A stretch of DNA of 64,000 nt from Callorhinchus milii (Eukaryota), in assembly GCF_018977255.1 (NCBI RefSeq), contig NW_024704742.1, forward strand, positions 25,420,001 through 25,484,000, given 5' to 3'. This document shows positions 25,731 through 36,971 of the stretch, in pieces. Under the pieces are notes generated by a model. That model saw only the letters and a program-made list of their open reading frames with translations, was not told the DNA's origin and ran no database searches. The position numbers were made by a program, and so were the translations under genes. The number at the start of each line of letters is the position of its first letter. The stretch's first letter is position 1.

Positions 25731-26121
25731 CTTCAGAGGGATTGTCACGTTTGCGTTTTTTGTTCTTCAAGCTTTTACCCGCCTGTTGTGCGTGACATTC
25801 AATGGTCTGGGTACCATTCTGTTCCACTTCACCGTCTCTACCTTTGATCCGCTGCTTTTTGTTTGTTTTCTTCGTCTTGCTTTCCAGACTATTCACCTCG
25901 GATTCTGCCTCTAGCTTTCTGCCATTTTTATCTTCTTTTAAGCTCAAGTCTTTCTTTTCTTTTTTGCCTTTCTTTTGCCTCTCTTCTTTTTTCTCTCGTT
26001 TGCTCTTTTTCTTCTCTTTGTTGTTTTCTGCACAAGCTTCACCCTGGTTCACTTCTAATGCCTCCGACGTCGCTTGGCTGTCCTCTGAGGATTTCTCTGC
26101 CTGCTGCTGGTTGCTTGGCTC
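25731..26121 (-). CDS. LYAR: LYAR coding exon 5 (Lys/Glu-rich)
   Basis: 391 nt; EPSNQQQAEK...KKKSKREKKEERQKKGKKEKKDL...KKRKRDNPSE; AG/GT bounded, ends in phase 1. Confidence 0.93.
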
Positions 26122-27981
26122 CTTAACAAAAATGGGACACGTTCTATGTCAACACAGCAGAATTATTAAACCACATAGCAGTGAAAGAGGTGCCAAATTT
26201 GTATTATGTACATCTGCAAGTTTTAGAGCTTAATATTTACAGGAGTTCTGCCCCTAATTTTTCCACCCCACCCCCAACCATCCCCCACTCTTTACCAGGA
26301 CTCAATGGACAGCGTCTTAGGATGTCTCCTGACGTGAAAGGCGCCATACAAATGTAATTTGTTGTTGTTGACAGCAGGCAGGAGTTGAAACACTGACTAA
26401 TTCTTTGTGTCTCCAGTGCAGGGACTCCCCACCATTTCTTCAGCTGACATTCAGCACAGATGGTCCTTTGAGAACAACAATAATTTGTGTTTCTTTAGTG
26501 CCCTTAATGCAGGACAGAGTCTCTGCTCTGTAAGCTAAATTTATGTTTGCAACAGCTCTCGAGTCTGGAAACTATTTGAGAAACACATTCCTTAGTGTCC
26601 ATCGCCCCCTTCAGGCACATTGAGGTAGCATAAGGATTTTGGCAAACAAATGCTACCCATTTTGGGGATGGTGGGGAGAGGGATTTTTTTTTAAAACAAA
26701 TGCTTTCATGAAAATGTTTTACCTAAACCTGTCAGACATTGTATCTTTATATAATTAATAATACGACAGATATTGTGGTAAATCGTTCAGCTATTCTGCC
26801 CCCGCTCTATGGAACTCCATCCCAGACTTCCTTTGACTCAGCTCCTCCCTACTTTGAAAGCCCACCTCAAGACATCTCTTTGACAATGTTTTTGTTATCT
26901 TTCCCCCCTCCTCCACAATGCTCTTCAGTGACGACCCCCTGTGGGGTAAGGAAACTTGCCTAAGGTTTCGCCCTGCCCAGGATTCAGACCCGGGTCCTCT
27001 CGCTTGCAAGGCGTGTGCTCTAACCAATACACTACCGGACTTACAACAGCCAATGTTGCAAATAAAGTCAGTTTTCTATGGTCACATGTTATGCTCACTC
27101 CCCGGGGAGATGTGGTTGTCACTTACGAAATCAAATAAAACAATTCAAAATAAGAATTGAAACCAGTTGGCAATCCAGATATTCATACCACATCTTGGGG
27201 TAAAAGTGGGTGTTGGAGGTGGAAGTTAATTTTCAAGTAGTGACAACAAAAATCAACATTATACCACTAGAGGAATACAGTTACACTGTTGCTCAGCAAA
27301 GGTAAATATACCCTTGTAGGAAAACAGCCTACGAAATGCAAGGGAGTAAAGCTTTGAAAAAATCATCCAGTTAAATTGGTCAATCACCTCTTAGCTGTTT
27401 GTGGGGATGTTGCTGTGCATAAATTTGCTGCCATGTTCCAAGGACAGAAGAAATTCTGCAACTCATTGAGATGTTTTGATGTAAGGATCTATATCAAGTG
27501 CAAAATTTATTATAGGAATATCCACACGTGATGGGAGAGAAGGTAAGAAAGGAAGCAAACGTATGATTATAAAGTAAAGTTCAATTACTAGCTCTGGAAC
27601 AAAGAGTTTCAACAGGTTTCTTTTAATCTTGTAAATGGAGGATTTGTAGGGAAGGGGAAAAATCATCCATCAGATCATGTGCAGAACTAAAGAAAAAGGA
27701 GTCTGCAGGGCTAATGCCTGGGGAATCCTGGGATAAGAGTGCTTAGATTATTGTTGTAGCCTAGATATTGCCATCTATCGACTAGTCCCAGACACTTACA
27801 TAGGCTCGCATGCAGGTGTTATTTTGAGTGCTATTTGCTCTTCTCTTGCCCATTGGGTGATGGAGGGATATGTTCATATCCCAAAGGTGTAAGAGTGACC
27901 TTCGTCATTCTGCTTTAAAAGAAATTCATAAACTCCTGCAGGCATCGTGTTTGAAGAAACTTTGCAACTTCTGTGACTTAC

Positions 27982-28065
27982 TTTGGCGATCGCAGTAGTG
28001 AAGATCTCCCACACCTGCTCCTGCAGAATCTGATTCTGGATCCTCAAACTGTTTTTCATCCAATT
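27982..28065 (-). CDS. LYAR: LYAR coding exon 4
   Basis: 84 nt; reads NWMKNSLRIQNQILQEQVWEIFTTAIAK. Confidence 0.96.
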
Positions 28066-29191
28066 CTGCACACAATGTAAACAGATCTAAATATATCTTT
28101 ATAAATATTCAATCATTCATCTCTGCAGAGTTTAGGTTGCAGCAATTTGATGTTTCCTCAGACAAACTACTCCTTTCACTCAAAACGTGGCATTTTAATT
28201 TGGGTTATTTGAAAGTTGATACATTGCTGATTTATCAATTTGCACATCAATTTAAAAAGGAGTTTTGAAAATCTACAGCTTCAAGCCTGGAAATTATCAG
28301 CGTACATTGAGCGTCTTAAGTTTAAGATATCACTCAATCATATATTTAATAATGTAGTTTAAGACCACTGATTTTAATAAGACACGACTCTAATTGCATG
28401 AATCAATTTATTATTAGAATAATAAATAATAATCCTTACATCTGATATGGTGCCGTTCACGTTGTGGGAATATCTTAAGGCTCTTTATAGTATTTTACTG
28501 TATGGTATTTTAGGCAAACACAGAAGCCAATTTGTGCACAACAATGCCCCACAAATAGCCATGAAATGAATGACTTTTCTCTGGGAGATTGTTGGCTGGA
28601 ATACCGGGAAAAACTCCCTCTCTTTTCAAGTAGTGCCACAAGATCTTTAACTTCCACTTGAATAGGTGAACAAAATCTCGGTTTAACGTCTTGTTTGAAG
28701 GACAACGGAAAGAACAGATTTTAAACAGGACTTTCCACAAGAGCACTGCAAGATGTAAAGCTTCAGTTTAGTGTGGCATAACATTAACTACATGTATTGC
28801 AAAGCCATGGCTGGTATTTATCTATGGCGATTGATTATCAGGGCACTCACTCTGCATGGCTGTTAAAGATTGTTATTGTTGAAATAATTGATTTTGGTAT
28901 AATAGTTTGCCTACAAAATACTCAGTCAATGTAAATCCTGTGAAGCGATTTGAGACGTCCTCCCGAAGTGAAAGACACTATATCAGATGCAAGATTATTA
29001 ATAATAATAATTATTAAATGCCATTATATCCACCAGAAATGTAGCTTTAATTTCCAGAAATAATATGTTGCTTTCAGAAATACTCATGATCCAGTTTTTT
29101 CTCTGCTGATCTCAACCCATAGATTCATGATATAGATTCAAAAATGTTTGACTAACATTGCATTAAAAAGGGAAATTAGACAAGTACAAAC

Positions 29192-29299
29192 CTGAAACTT
29201 GACTTTTTTTCGTGGTACGTTATCATAAGAACTGATCTGCTCTAGAATTTCACGAACTTTGGCACTGACTTTTGAGTTATCCATAGCTTCATGGACTTT
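29192..29299 (-). CDS. LYAR: LYAR coding exon 3
   Basis: 108 nt; reads KVHEAMDNSKVSAKVREILEQISSYDNVPRKKVKFQ. Confidence 0.96.
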
Positions 29300-29924
29300 C
29301 TGTATACATAAAAAAAAATAAACTTAAAGATACATGCAACTATAAATACAAACATGCCCACTACATTTTCTAAGTTATAAATGATAATTATGCAGTTTTC
29401 ACCATCAACTATGCCTTACTTTACAAACGTTAAATTGCAGTAAATACACCATTGCAAATAAAATGCAATTTTATAGTAAATTCTACAGCCTATAGTTATA
29501 AAAAAATACAATCACATACTGGGGCTCAGTTTGAAAATTCAATAAATGAACGATAATTCCCTCACAAATACACAGTCAATACATTTTACAATATATTCTG
29601 TGAAGTGCTTTGAGAGGTCTCAATAATAATTCATAATAATCCTTGAATTTGATATAGCGCCTTATCACATTGTCGAGACATCTCAAAGCCCTTCACAGGA
29701 TATACTGTAAAGTGGATTAACTGTTTATTTTGTGGGTGAAATGCGGCAGACAGTTTGCGCACAGTAATATCCCACAAACAGCCTTGGTAGAAAGAAAAAA
29801 AAACAATGACAGATTAAATGCAGGTAACTTTTTAAAAACACTTTACTTTTAGCGAAAATTGTGTTTCAGTTTCTCACACCAAGTGATTCATAGGAACCAA
29901 CTGAGACAAGCTTAGCCATCTTAC

Positions 29925-30039
29925 CTGTATCCACTCTTGTTGTTTCACATCTCCTTTATGGGCCTTGGCTTCAAAACCCTTACCACCATACTTTTCATCT
30001 TCAGTAATGCATTTAATATGAGTCTTGTAATCCTCTCCC
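29925..30039 (-). CDS. LYAR: LYAR coding exon 2
   Basis: 115 nt; reads GEDYKTHIKCITEDEKYGGKGFEAKAHKGDVKQQEWIQ. Confidence 0.97.
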
Positions 30040-30969
30040 CTGTAAATAATAACAGATGTTGATTTAGCGCAGGGAAAATAAATCACAATTAGGTGAACAG
30101 CGAATCTAAAATCTGTGCCTTTTATTGTCTGAAAGTGCCCTCCTTACAGCAGTATCCAAACATGAATTATATAAAATAATTGAAATATCTACCCAATGTA
30201 AAAAGAGATTATACTATTCAATTTTCAGTTCTGGTTGATGTGTATGGACAGAATGCTATATTGTACGTGGTGCTTTACATTGTGTAACCTATCCATTTCA
30301 GAACTGCAGGAGAATCACACTGTACTTAAGTGACTGGGACAAACAAACGAGTTGTTGGCAGTGATATTTTGATGCAGTTGGTGGTACAGCACCTGTAACA
30401 GCCATCTGAATCTTCAGAGCAGTTTAACGTCTTACCCAAAGGAGGGCACCACCAACACTGCAGGACAACCTCTGAACAGCAAAGGAATGTAGGTTAGATT
30501 ATGAGCTTACATCCTGGTGTAGGGCTTGAACTAACAACCTACTGATCCAGAATCAAGCGTACGTACTACCAACTGAACCAAATGACATTGCTCACATTCT
30601 AAATTTTCACTTCTCAAAGCTTTTGTGCAGCAAAACCTCTACAACCACAAGGCATTTCCAGAATTGTAAAGGCTTTGGTACTAAACCTTGAAAACCAGGC
30701 GTTTCAATGAAAAACTAACATTCAGGGTAGTGAAATGTTGTGTCAGAACCTAAACACCATACAGTATCAAGGAGCATACACCTACTGATACATCCCTGGA
30801 ATACTCAATACTCAATTCATCTGCTCGAGTGCAGTTTCATCGTAACACCCACACTCTCTCAACTGGATATAGCATATTGTGCAGAGACCCAAGAAAATGG
30901 GAAAACAAATGCAGACCCATTTATAGAAAAACAGCTAATTTTAGAGTCACCCCATTATGAAATCCTTAC

Positions 30970-31091
30970 CAAAAGTCCTTGCCACAGTCAATGCATGACA
31001 GACACGTACAGTTCCGACAACTGTTGACATGTTTTTCCACTTGAGTCTTCTTTACAGATGCCCCACAATCGCTACAGATGAAAACGACCAT
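30970..31091 (-). CDS. LYAR: LYAR first coding exon (C2HC zinc fingers)
   Basis: Reads MVVFICSDCGASVKKTQVEKHVNSCRNCTCLSCIDCGKDF(W); acceptor puts the exon start at 31137. The summed CDS is 1122 nt (373 aa). Confidence 0.97.
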
Positions 31092-31208
31092 CTTACTTTA
31101 CTTCAGGCAACTTTTTCACACACCCCAAAGCGATGGCCTGGTTTAAGCAAAAATAAAAAAACATTTTTAAAAAGGGAATACGCAATGATAATAATTATAA
31201 TATATTAC

Positions 31209-31309
31209 CCTCCAATTTCTACTTCTGATCTTCTACTCCTGGGTCTGAAAAACAGGCTACAATACAACGTGATGCTCTGCCTATTCAACCTTTCAGACCA
31301 GAAGTGAAC
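31209..31309 (-). other. LYAR: Candidate LYAR 5'-UTR exon
   Basis: Acceptor tttgctacag and donor GG|GTAATA, separated from the first coding exon by a 71-nt intron. Confidence 0.45.
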
Positions 31310-31368
31310 CTGTAGCAAAGCAAATATCGGGCATTAAACAAAAGGCAAAAGACTGCAAATGCTGGAAA

Positions 31369-32640
31369 TCTATACTAATAAAGACGAAATGTCTGTCTGT
31401 CAAGAACATAATAACCAACTGACTTAGAGATATGATACGTGGAATCCTGTAGCTCAGTGGTTAGAGCGCTCGCTTTGCAAGCGAGAGACCTGAGTTCAAT
31501 TCCAGGCAGAGGGCGAAACCTTGGGCAAGTTTCCTTACTCCACACAGAGCCTAATAATAATCCCTCCAAAACCAAAAACAATAATAAATTGGTCATTTTC
31601 AATCCATGACTGTTTGTGGGACAATGCTGTGCGCAATTGGCTGCCGCGTTCGCCCACAAATATACAGTCAATTCACTTTACGATATATTCTGTGAAGCGC
31701 TTTGGGACGTCTATAAGACGTGAAAAGCGCTATATCAAATGCAAGGATTATTATTATTTTATTATTATTTATACCTCATTGGAAAGGTTTTGCATTGGTG
31801 GCGGTGAGGGGGGGGGTGGGGGTTGGGGGGGCGTCATGGGCATTTTTTTTCTTGGGGATCTCCTATCTTTGATGAGCTATATTAAAAAATCCTCTAAACC
31901 CCCAAAAAGGTATGCATGGTATCCTGCAGCAAAGTAGTGACACAGGGCACACACCCTTCTAGTGACAGATCTATACTAATAAAGGCAAAATGTCTATGTG
32001 TCAGGAGTGTTCCCAACCAGGAGTCTGCCCAACCAGGAGTCTTTCCACTGAGTCTTCGGGCCGAGTCCTCCCAACAGGAGTCCTCCCAAAAGGATATGTG
32101 TGCAAATATGTGAACAAGGGATGCTGACGAGTTCAATAACACATTTTCTTAACTTTAAGCAAAGATCACGCCTTTCAAGGTCAAATAAAATGTCAGATGA
32201 AAGTGAGGCCGATTAAATGAAACCGGTTGCGAGCGTAGCTGCAAGGAAGCAATAACCGATGGACGTATTGACATGATTTATACCTCATTGGAAAGGTCTA
32301 GCATCGGGGGAGTGTCATGGGCATATTTTTTTTTCAGGGATCTCCTATCGTTGATGAGCTATATTTAAAAAATGCTTTTAATTCAGCCCCAAAATGAAGT
32401 ATGCAAGGCATTCTGCAACAAAGTGGCAAGAGGAAACGACACACCCTTTGAGATACATCTATACTAACATATTCTGCAACAAAGTAGCACAGAGAAAAGC
32501 TATGACCTAAACATGCTCATCACACATGTATGCATTGGTGGGGGTTGGGGGGGGGGCGTCATGGGCATTTTTTTTTCTCGGGGATCTCCTATCTTTGATG
32601 AGCTATATATTAAAAAAATGCTTTCAGCCCTCAAAGTGAT
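31369..32640 (+). mobile_element. Three tandem, partly deleted Helitron-like non-autonomous units
   Basis: A|TCTATACTAAT starts at 31369 and 31970, and A|TCTATACTAAC at 32458. Units 1 and 2 share TTATACCTCATTGGAAAGGT, and all three share GATCTCCTATC-TTGATGAGCTATA. CTAG|T at 31959-31963. Confidence 0.6.
31439..31770 (+). mobile_element. Young tRNA-Ala SINE inserted in Helitron-like unit 1
   Basis: Near-identical to the 34266 copy; it splits the sequence ATGAT|TTATACC that is contiguous in unit 2. Confidence 0.9.
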
Positions 32641-32747
32641 GGAAGGAGTTGGCGGTGCAGCCAGAAAAGGACTCTTGTTGTCGTTGTCGCTGCTGCCGTT
32701 GCCGCCGCCGCCCTCCCTGGACATAAGGCGCCATCAGTCGCTCTTAC

Positions 32748-33169
32748 CTCAATCCGCACAAAGAAAAAGAAAAAAGATAAAGTCCTTCTCTTTTTCGAGC
32801 GATGGGGTTTGCCTTCAGGACGGAGGGAACCACACAGACTTGAGGCGATTTCCCGCTCCTTCGCTGACAGACGGCGGCTCCAGTCGCAGCTCTCAGGGTT
32901 ACAGGCGCATCCCACACGTGTGTGTGTGTGAGTGAGTGGGGGAGGAGGAGGGAGGGAGGAGGGAAGGAGGAGGGAAGCGACCGGAAAGGTGCGGCACCTC
33001 GTCTGTTCCCTGCTTGGCCCCGACCGTGCAGAGTGGTTCCGGACTGAAGTGGCCCGCGTGTCCGTGTCCGTCTCTGCCCCGTGTGTTGGTGGCTGTGTCG
33101 GGATGATGTGATGTGATGTGATGGGAGGAGGCGGAGGAGGAGGCGGCGGCCGAGCAGCAGCAGCTGCAG
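32748..33169. promoter_or_regulatory. Bidirectional CpG-island promoter with LYAR exon 1 (minus, donor at 32748) and ZBTB49 exon 1 (plus, donor at 33169)
   Basis: CpG-rich; divergent strong donors GAG|GTAAGA (minus) and CAG|GTGAGG (plus); ETS-like CCGGAA at 32981 and TTCCGG at 33037. The head-to-head LYAR/ZBTB49 arrangement is also known in mammals. Confidence 0.8.
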
Positions 33170-33232
33170 GTGAGGAGGAGGAGGAGGAGGAGAAGGGGAG
33201 CGCGCGGCGCCGGGGGGGGGGGAGAGCCGCCA

Positions 33233-33592
33233 GGCGATTGGAACGCGGGCCCCGGGGAATGGAACGCGGCCCCGGGAAATGGAACGCGGCCCCGGGCGAT
33301 TGGAACGCGGCCCCGGGAATGGAACGCGGCCCCGGGCGATTGGAACGCGGGCCCCGGGGAATGGAACGCGGCCCCGGGAATGGAACGCGGGGCGGCCCCG
33401 GGGAATGGAACGCGGGGCGGCCCCGGGGAATGGAACGCGGGCCCCGGGAATGGAACGCGGGGCCCCGGGCGATTGGAACGCTGGCCCCGGGGAATGGAAC
33501 GCGGGGCCCCGGGGAATGGAACGCGGCCCCGGGCGATTGGAACGCGGGGCCCCGGGAAATGGAACGCGGGGCCCCCGGGAATGGAACGCGGC
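33233..33592. repeat. GC-rich ~21-bp minisatellite (TGGAACGCGG..CCCCGGG..), 17 units, in ZBTB49 intron 1
   Basis: 17 copies of TGGAACGC counted; followed by N-gap 33648-33776. Confidence 0.95.
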
Positions 33593-34265
33593 CGCGGGCG
33601 GGCGGGCCTGGGCTCGGTGCAGACTGCATCGCCCTGTCGTGTCCTCTNNNNNNNNNNNNNNNNNNNNNNNNNNNNNNNNNNNNNNNNNNNNNNNNNNNNN
33701 NNNNNNNNNNNNNNNNNNNNNNNNNNNNNNNNNNNNNNNNNNNNNNNNNNNNNNNNNNNNNNNNNNNNNNNNNNNNGATACCATTTCCATGTCTAATAAG
33801 TCTTAACGAAATGATGATGGTATTTGTTTTAGACAATAGAGCAGCTTCAACACTTTTTGGTCCCTCTGTGTATGTGTATATACTATATATATGTTTGCTG
33901 TGTGTCTGACACATATGCAGAAACCCATCACCGTGTATTCAGTCAGACCTTTGCATTACACCTACACGTGGGAATTCCAGGATTCCCATAAATGCATATG
34001 AATAAAGAATAGAGACTGTATTGTATAATAACAATACATGTATTGTATATGCAATTCCCTGTACCCTCCACCCTGGGCAGGAGCTACCTGTGTTTTATCT
34101 CTTCTGTGTCTGATTTAGCCCCCGGGTGGCTGTTGGAACAGAGCTGATTGGGGTTCATTTGAAACGGCATTGGATAAGTTGTTGTAATAATACCTATAAG
34201 ATAATAACAATAGTTATAATGATCATATTTCGCCCACAAAATATACAGTCAATTCAATTCACTTT

Positions 34266-34594
34266 GTGGAGTCCTGTAGCTCAGTGGTTAGAGCACTCGC
34301 TTTGCAAGTGAGAGACCTGAGTTCAATTCCAGGCAGAGGGCGAAACCTTGGGCAAGTTTCCTTACTCCACACAGAGCCTAATAATAATCCCTCCAAAACC
34401 AAAACCAATAATAAATTGGTCATTTTCAATCTACGACTGTTTGTGGGACATTGCTGTGCACAATTGGCTGCCGCGTTCGCCCACAAATATACAGTCAATT
34501 CACTTTACAGTCTATTCTGTGAAGCGCTTTGGGACGTCCTCCCGACGTGAAAAGCGCTATATCAAATGCAAGGATTATTATTATTATTATTATT
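34266..34594 (+). mobile_element. Young tRNA-Ala SINE nested in an older SINE tail (34227-34678)
   Basis: Host tail is split at TTCACTTT|ACAGTATAT. Confidence 0.9.
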
Positions 34595-36064
34595 TACAGT
34601 ATATGCCGTGAAGTGCTTTGAGACATCTCAACGACGTGATAAGGCGCTGTATCAAATGCAAGGATTATTATTATTATAAGAGTGTGTGGAGGATGGGATT
34701 TAGAGTTTATGGGGCAAAGAGAGGGGAATTGAAATTAGTAGAAAATGCAAACACTGACACTAATACAATGGGTTGAATGGCTTCCTGCTGCGCGGTGGAG
34801 TTTTCCGGTTCAAAGACTTGTTTGACCAGAGTTCTCACGAAGAATGGACAGGAGCTGACCTTAGCTTTGGGTTGATTATTGCTGACTATCTCCGTATTCT
34901 GCAGCTTTGATGCTTTACACTGGAGGTGCACAACCTGTCAGTAAGTTAGTACCCTTCCTTCTGATTAGATCTCCAGTAACTAGTTGTTCCTGTATACATT
35001 CTTTCAGTTCAAAGAATAGATCGTTTTTGGAGGAGATAGAAAAACTCACTGATCGTATATAAATTTTATTTTAAGATTCGTAAATAGGTTTTTCCAACTT
35101 GTTTGTTTCAAGAGAAGTACTGTAAACAGAATGTCGGGAAAACCTTCTGTTTTTGTATTGTGATAATTCTTTTACTTACCCTTTCAAAGTCTGTGTCTTT
35201 ATATCAAAATTTATGATGTTCTGTTAGCATTTGGAATTAAAAGCTTTTTTTAAATTGGAAAATGAGCTGGTGGGATTGTCCATCTGTTTCCTTCCTTATT
35301 TTGTGGAGACTGAAGAGCGATTTCTGGTGTTTTATTGTTGGCCTGAGTTAGTCTGAGCTTGATTGTTTGGGCATACGTAGACAGTGCATGCTGGAGAATA
35401 GGCTTGAAAAGAGCAAAGCCCAGTACGGCTGAAATTTGTAGTATCCAAGAAAGGCTAAACTGAGGGGTCATTCAATAGAGTTAAGTCAGACAATCGTATA
35501 ATGGGCAAATGTTAATGATAAGTAACATGGCCCGTTATTTAAATTAAAACTTAAGTTCTGCTTCTTTACTTGGAGGTGCAGAATTTTATACTTCAAACAC
35601 TAAACATGTTAAATTTCTGAAGCAGTTTCCTTCTCAGCGCCTTGGATGTCCTCCCGATGTGAAAGGCGCTCTATAAATGTAATTTTGTTGTTGTTGTTCT
35701 CAGTGCACCACTGCAATACTCACATCCCAATGGATAAACATGACCGAAAAGAAAAGGATGCCGTAAACCAATTGTTTTGGGGGTGCAAAACTGCAGGGAG
35801 CTGCCTAATGTATAATTTTGCTCATTCACATGAAATTACTGAACACTGTTCCTTATGAAAGTAGTGCAGAAAACTATTTTGGAGCAGAAAGAATGCAGCA
35901 GACATTTTAGATTGGTTTCCAGCTCCGAATAGCTTTGCGCCTTATATGGTTCAGTGTCGTTGAGTATCATCATACAAATAAAATCACAAACTATTCCAGT
36001 GTTTTTCCATCTTCCAAATCTCTTGTTAACTGCAGTTTTTTTTCGGTCCTAGGTTAGTTAAAGG

Positions 36065-36222
36065 ATGGCGATTGATTCCCTAGCAAATCACAGCTGTCAC
36101 CTTCTTCAGCAGCTCCATGAACAGCGCATCCAAGGCTTTCTATGCGACTGCCTGCTGGTGGTGAAGGGTGTTTGCTTTAAGGCTCATAAGAATGTATTGG
36201 CTGCATTCAGCCAGTACTTTAG
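36065..36222 (+). CDS. ZBTB49: ZBTB49 first coding exon (BTB domain N-terminus)
   Basis: Reads [53 protein letters not shown]; acceptor puts the exon start at 36053; donor AG|GTGGGT. Confidence 0.97.
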
Positions 36223-36971
36223 GTGGGTAAGCTGTGAATATTTGGGAAACAAAGAATATTCTATATTTTTACAAAATAAATCTGTACTGTGATTAGCAAC
36301 AACTTGAATTTATATAATGTCCTTCACATAATGTCTCAAAGAGTTTTACACTGCCGGATACTGGGCAGGATGTGAGACTGGGTTTAGAGAATAGGGTGAA
36401 CATAGTCATGGTGATAGAGAGAGGTTTTTGATGGCCTTTGAAGACGGGTAGAGAAGGCTACTGTGAGGATTGGTCTGTCACTTAATTTCTCAACAAAAGA
36501 AAAATAATATTCCTATTTCACTGGATTTGTTTCTTTTTGCAAGCTCAATTTGATGCCCGTTGACTCTAGTTCGGTATTTAGACATTTAAATAATCTAGAA
36601 ATTGTAAACGCTTTCCTCATTTTGATTCTTTTTAAAACCTGAAGTATGACATTTCTGTCCTGTACCATGGCCATTAACCTTTTAAAATCTTCAGTACGCT
36701 TGCCTCTGGGTCAGAAGGTTGCCCTGACAATTCAGCATTTTCTCAGTAGTGGACTGGAATGTCAGTCTTGACAATGAGTCCAGCCTTAGTTTCAATCCAG
36801 TGTATCCTGTGAAGCTCTTGTAAGACATCTCAATGACGTGATAAGGTGCTATATCAAATGCAAGGATTATTATTATTTATTATAGAGCTTGAACTTGTAG
36901 CCTTCTCACCCATAGGTGAAGGTGCTACCAACTTAGCCAAACAAATAATAACCCTTTGTATGTTGTTACAG

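Noticed and set aside
32631-33914. 427-aa, 348-aa and 263-aa ORFs over the promoter
   Set aside because: Stop-poor GC-rich minisatellite plus an N-gap; no recognisable domain.
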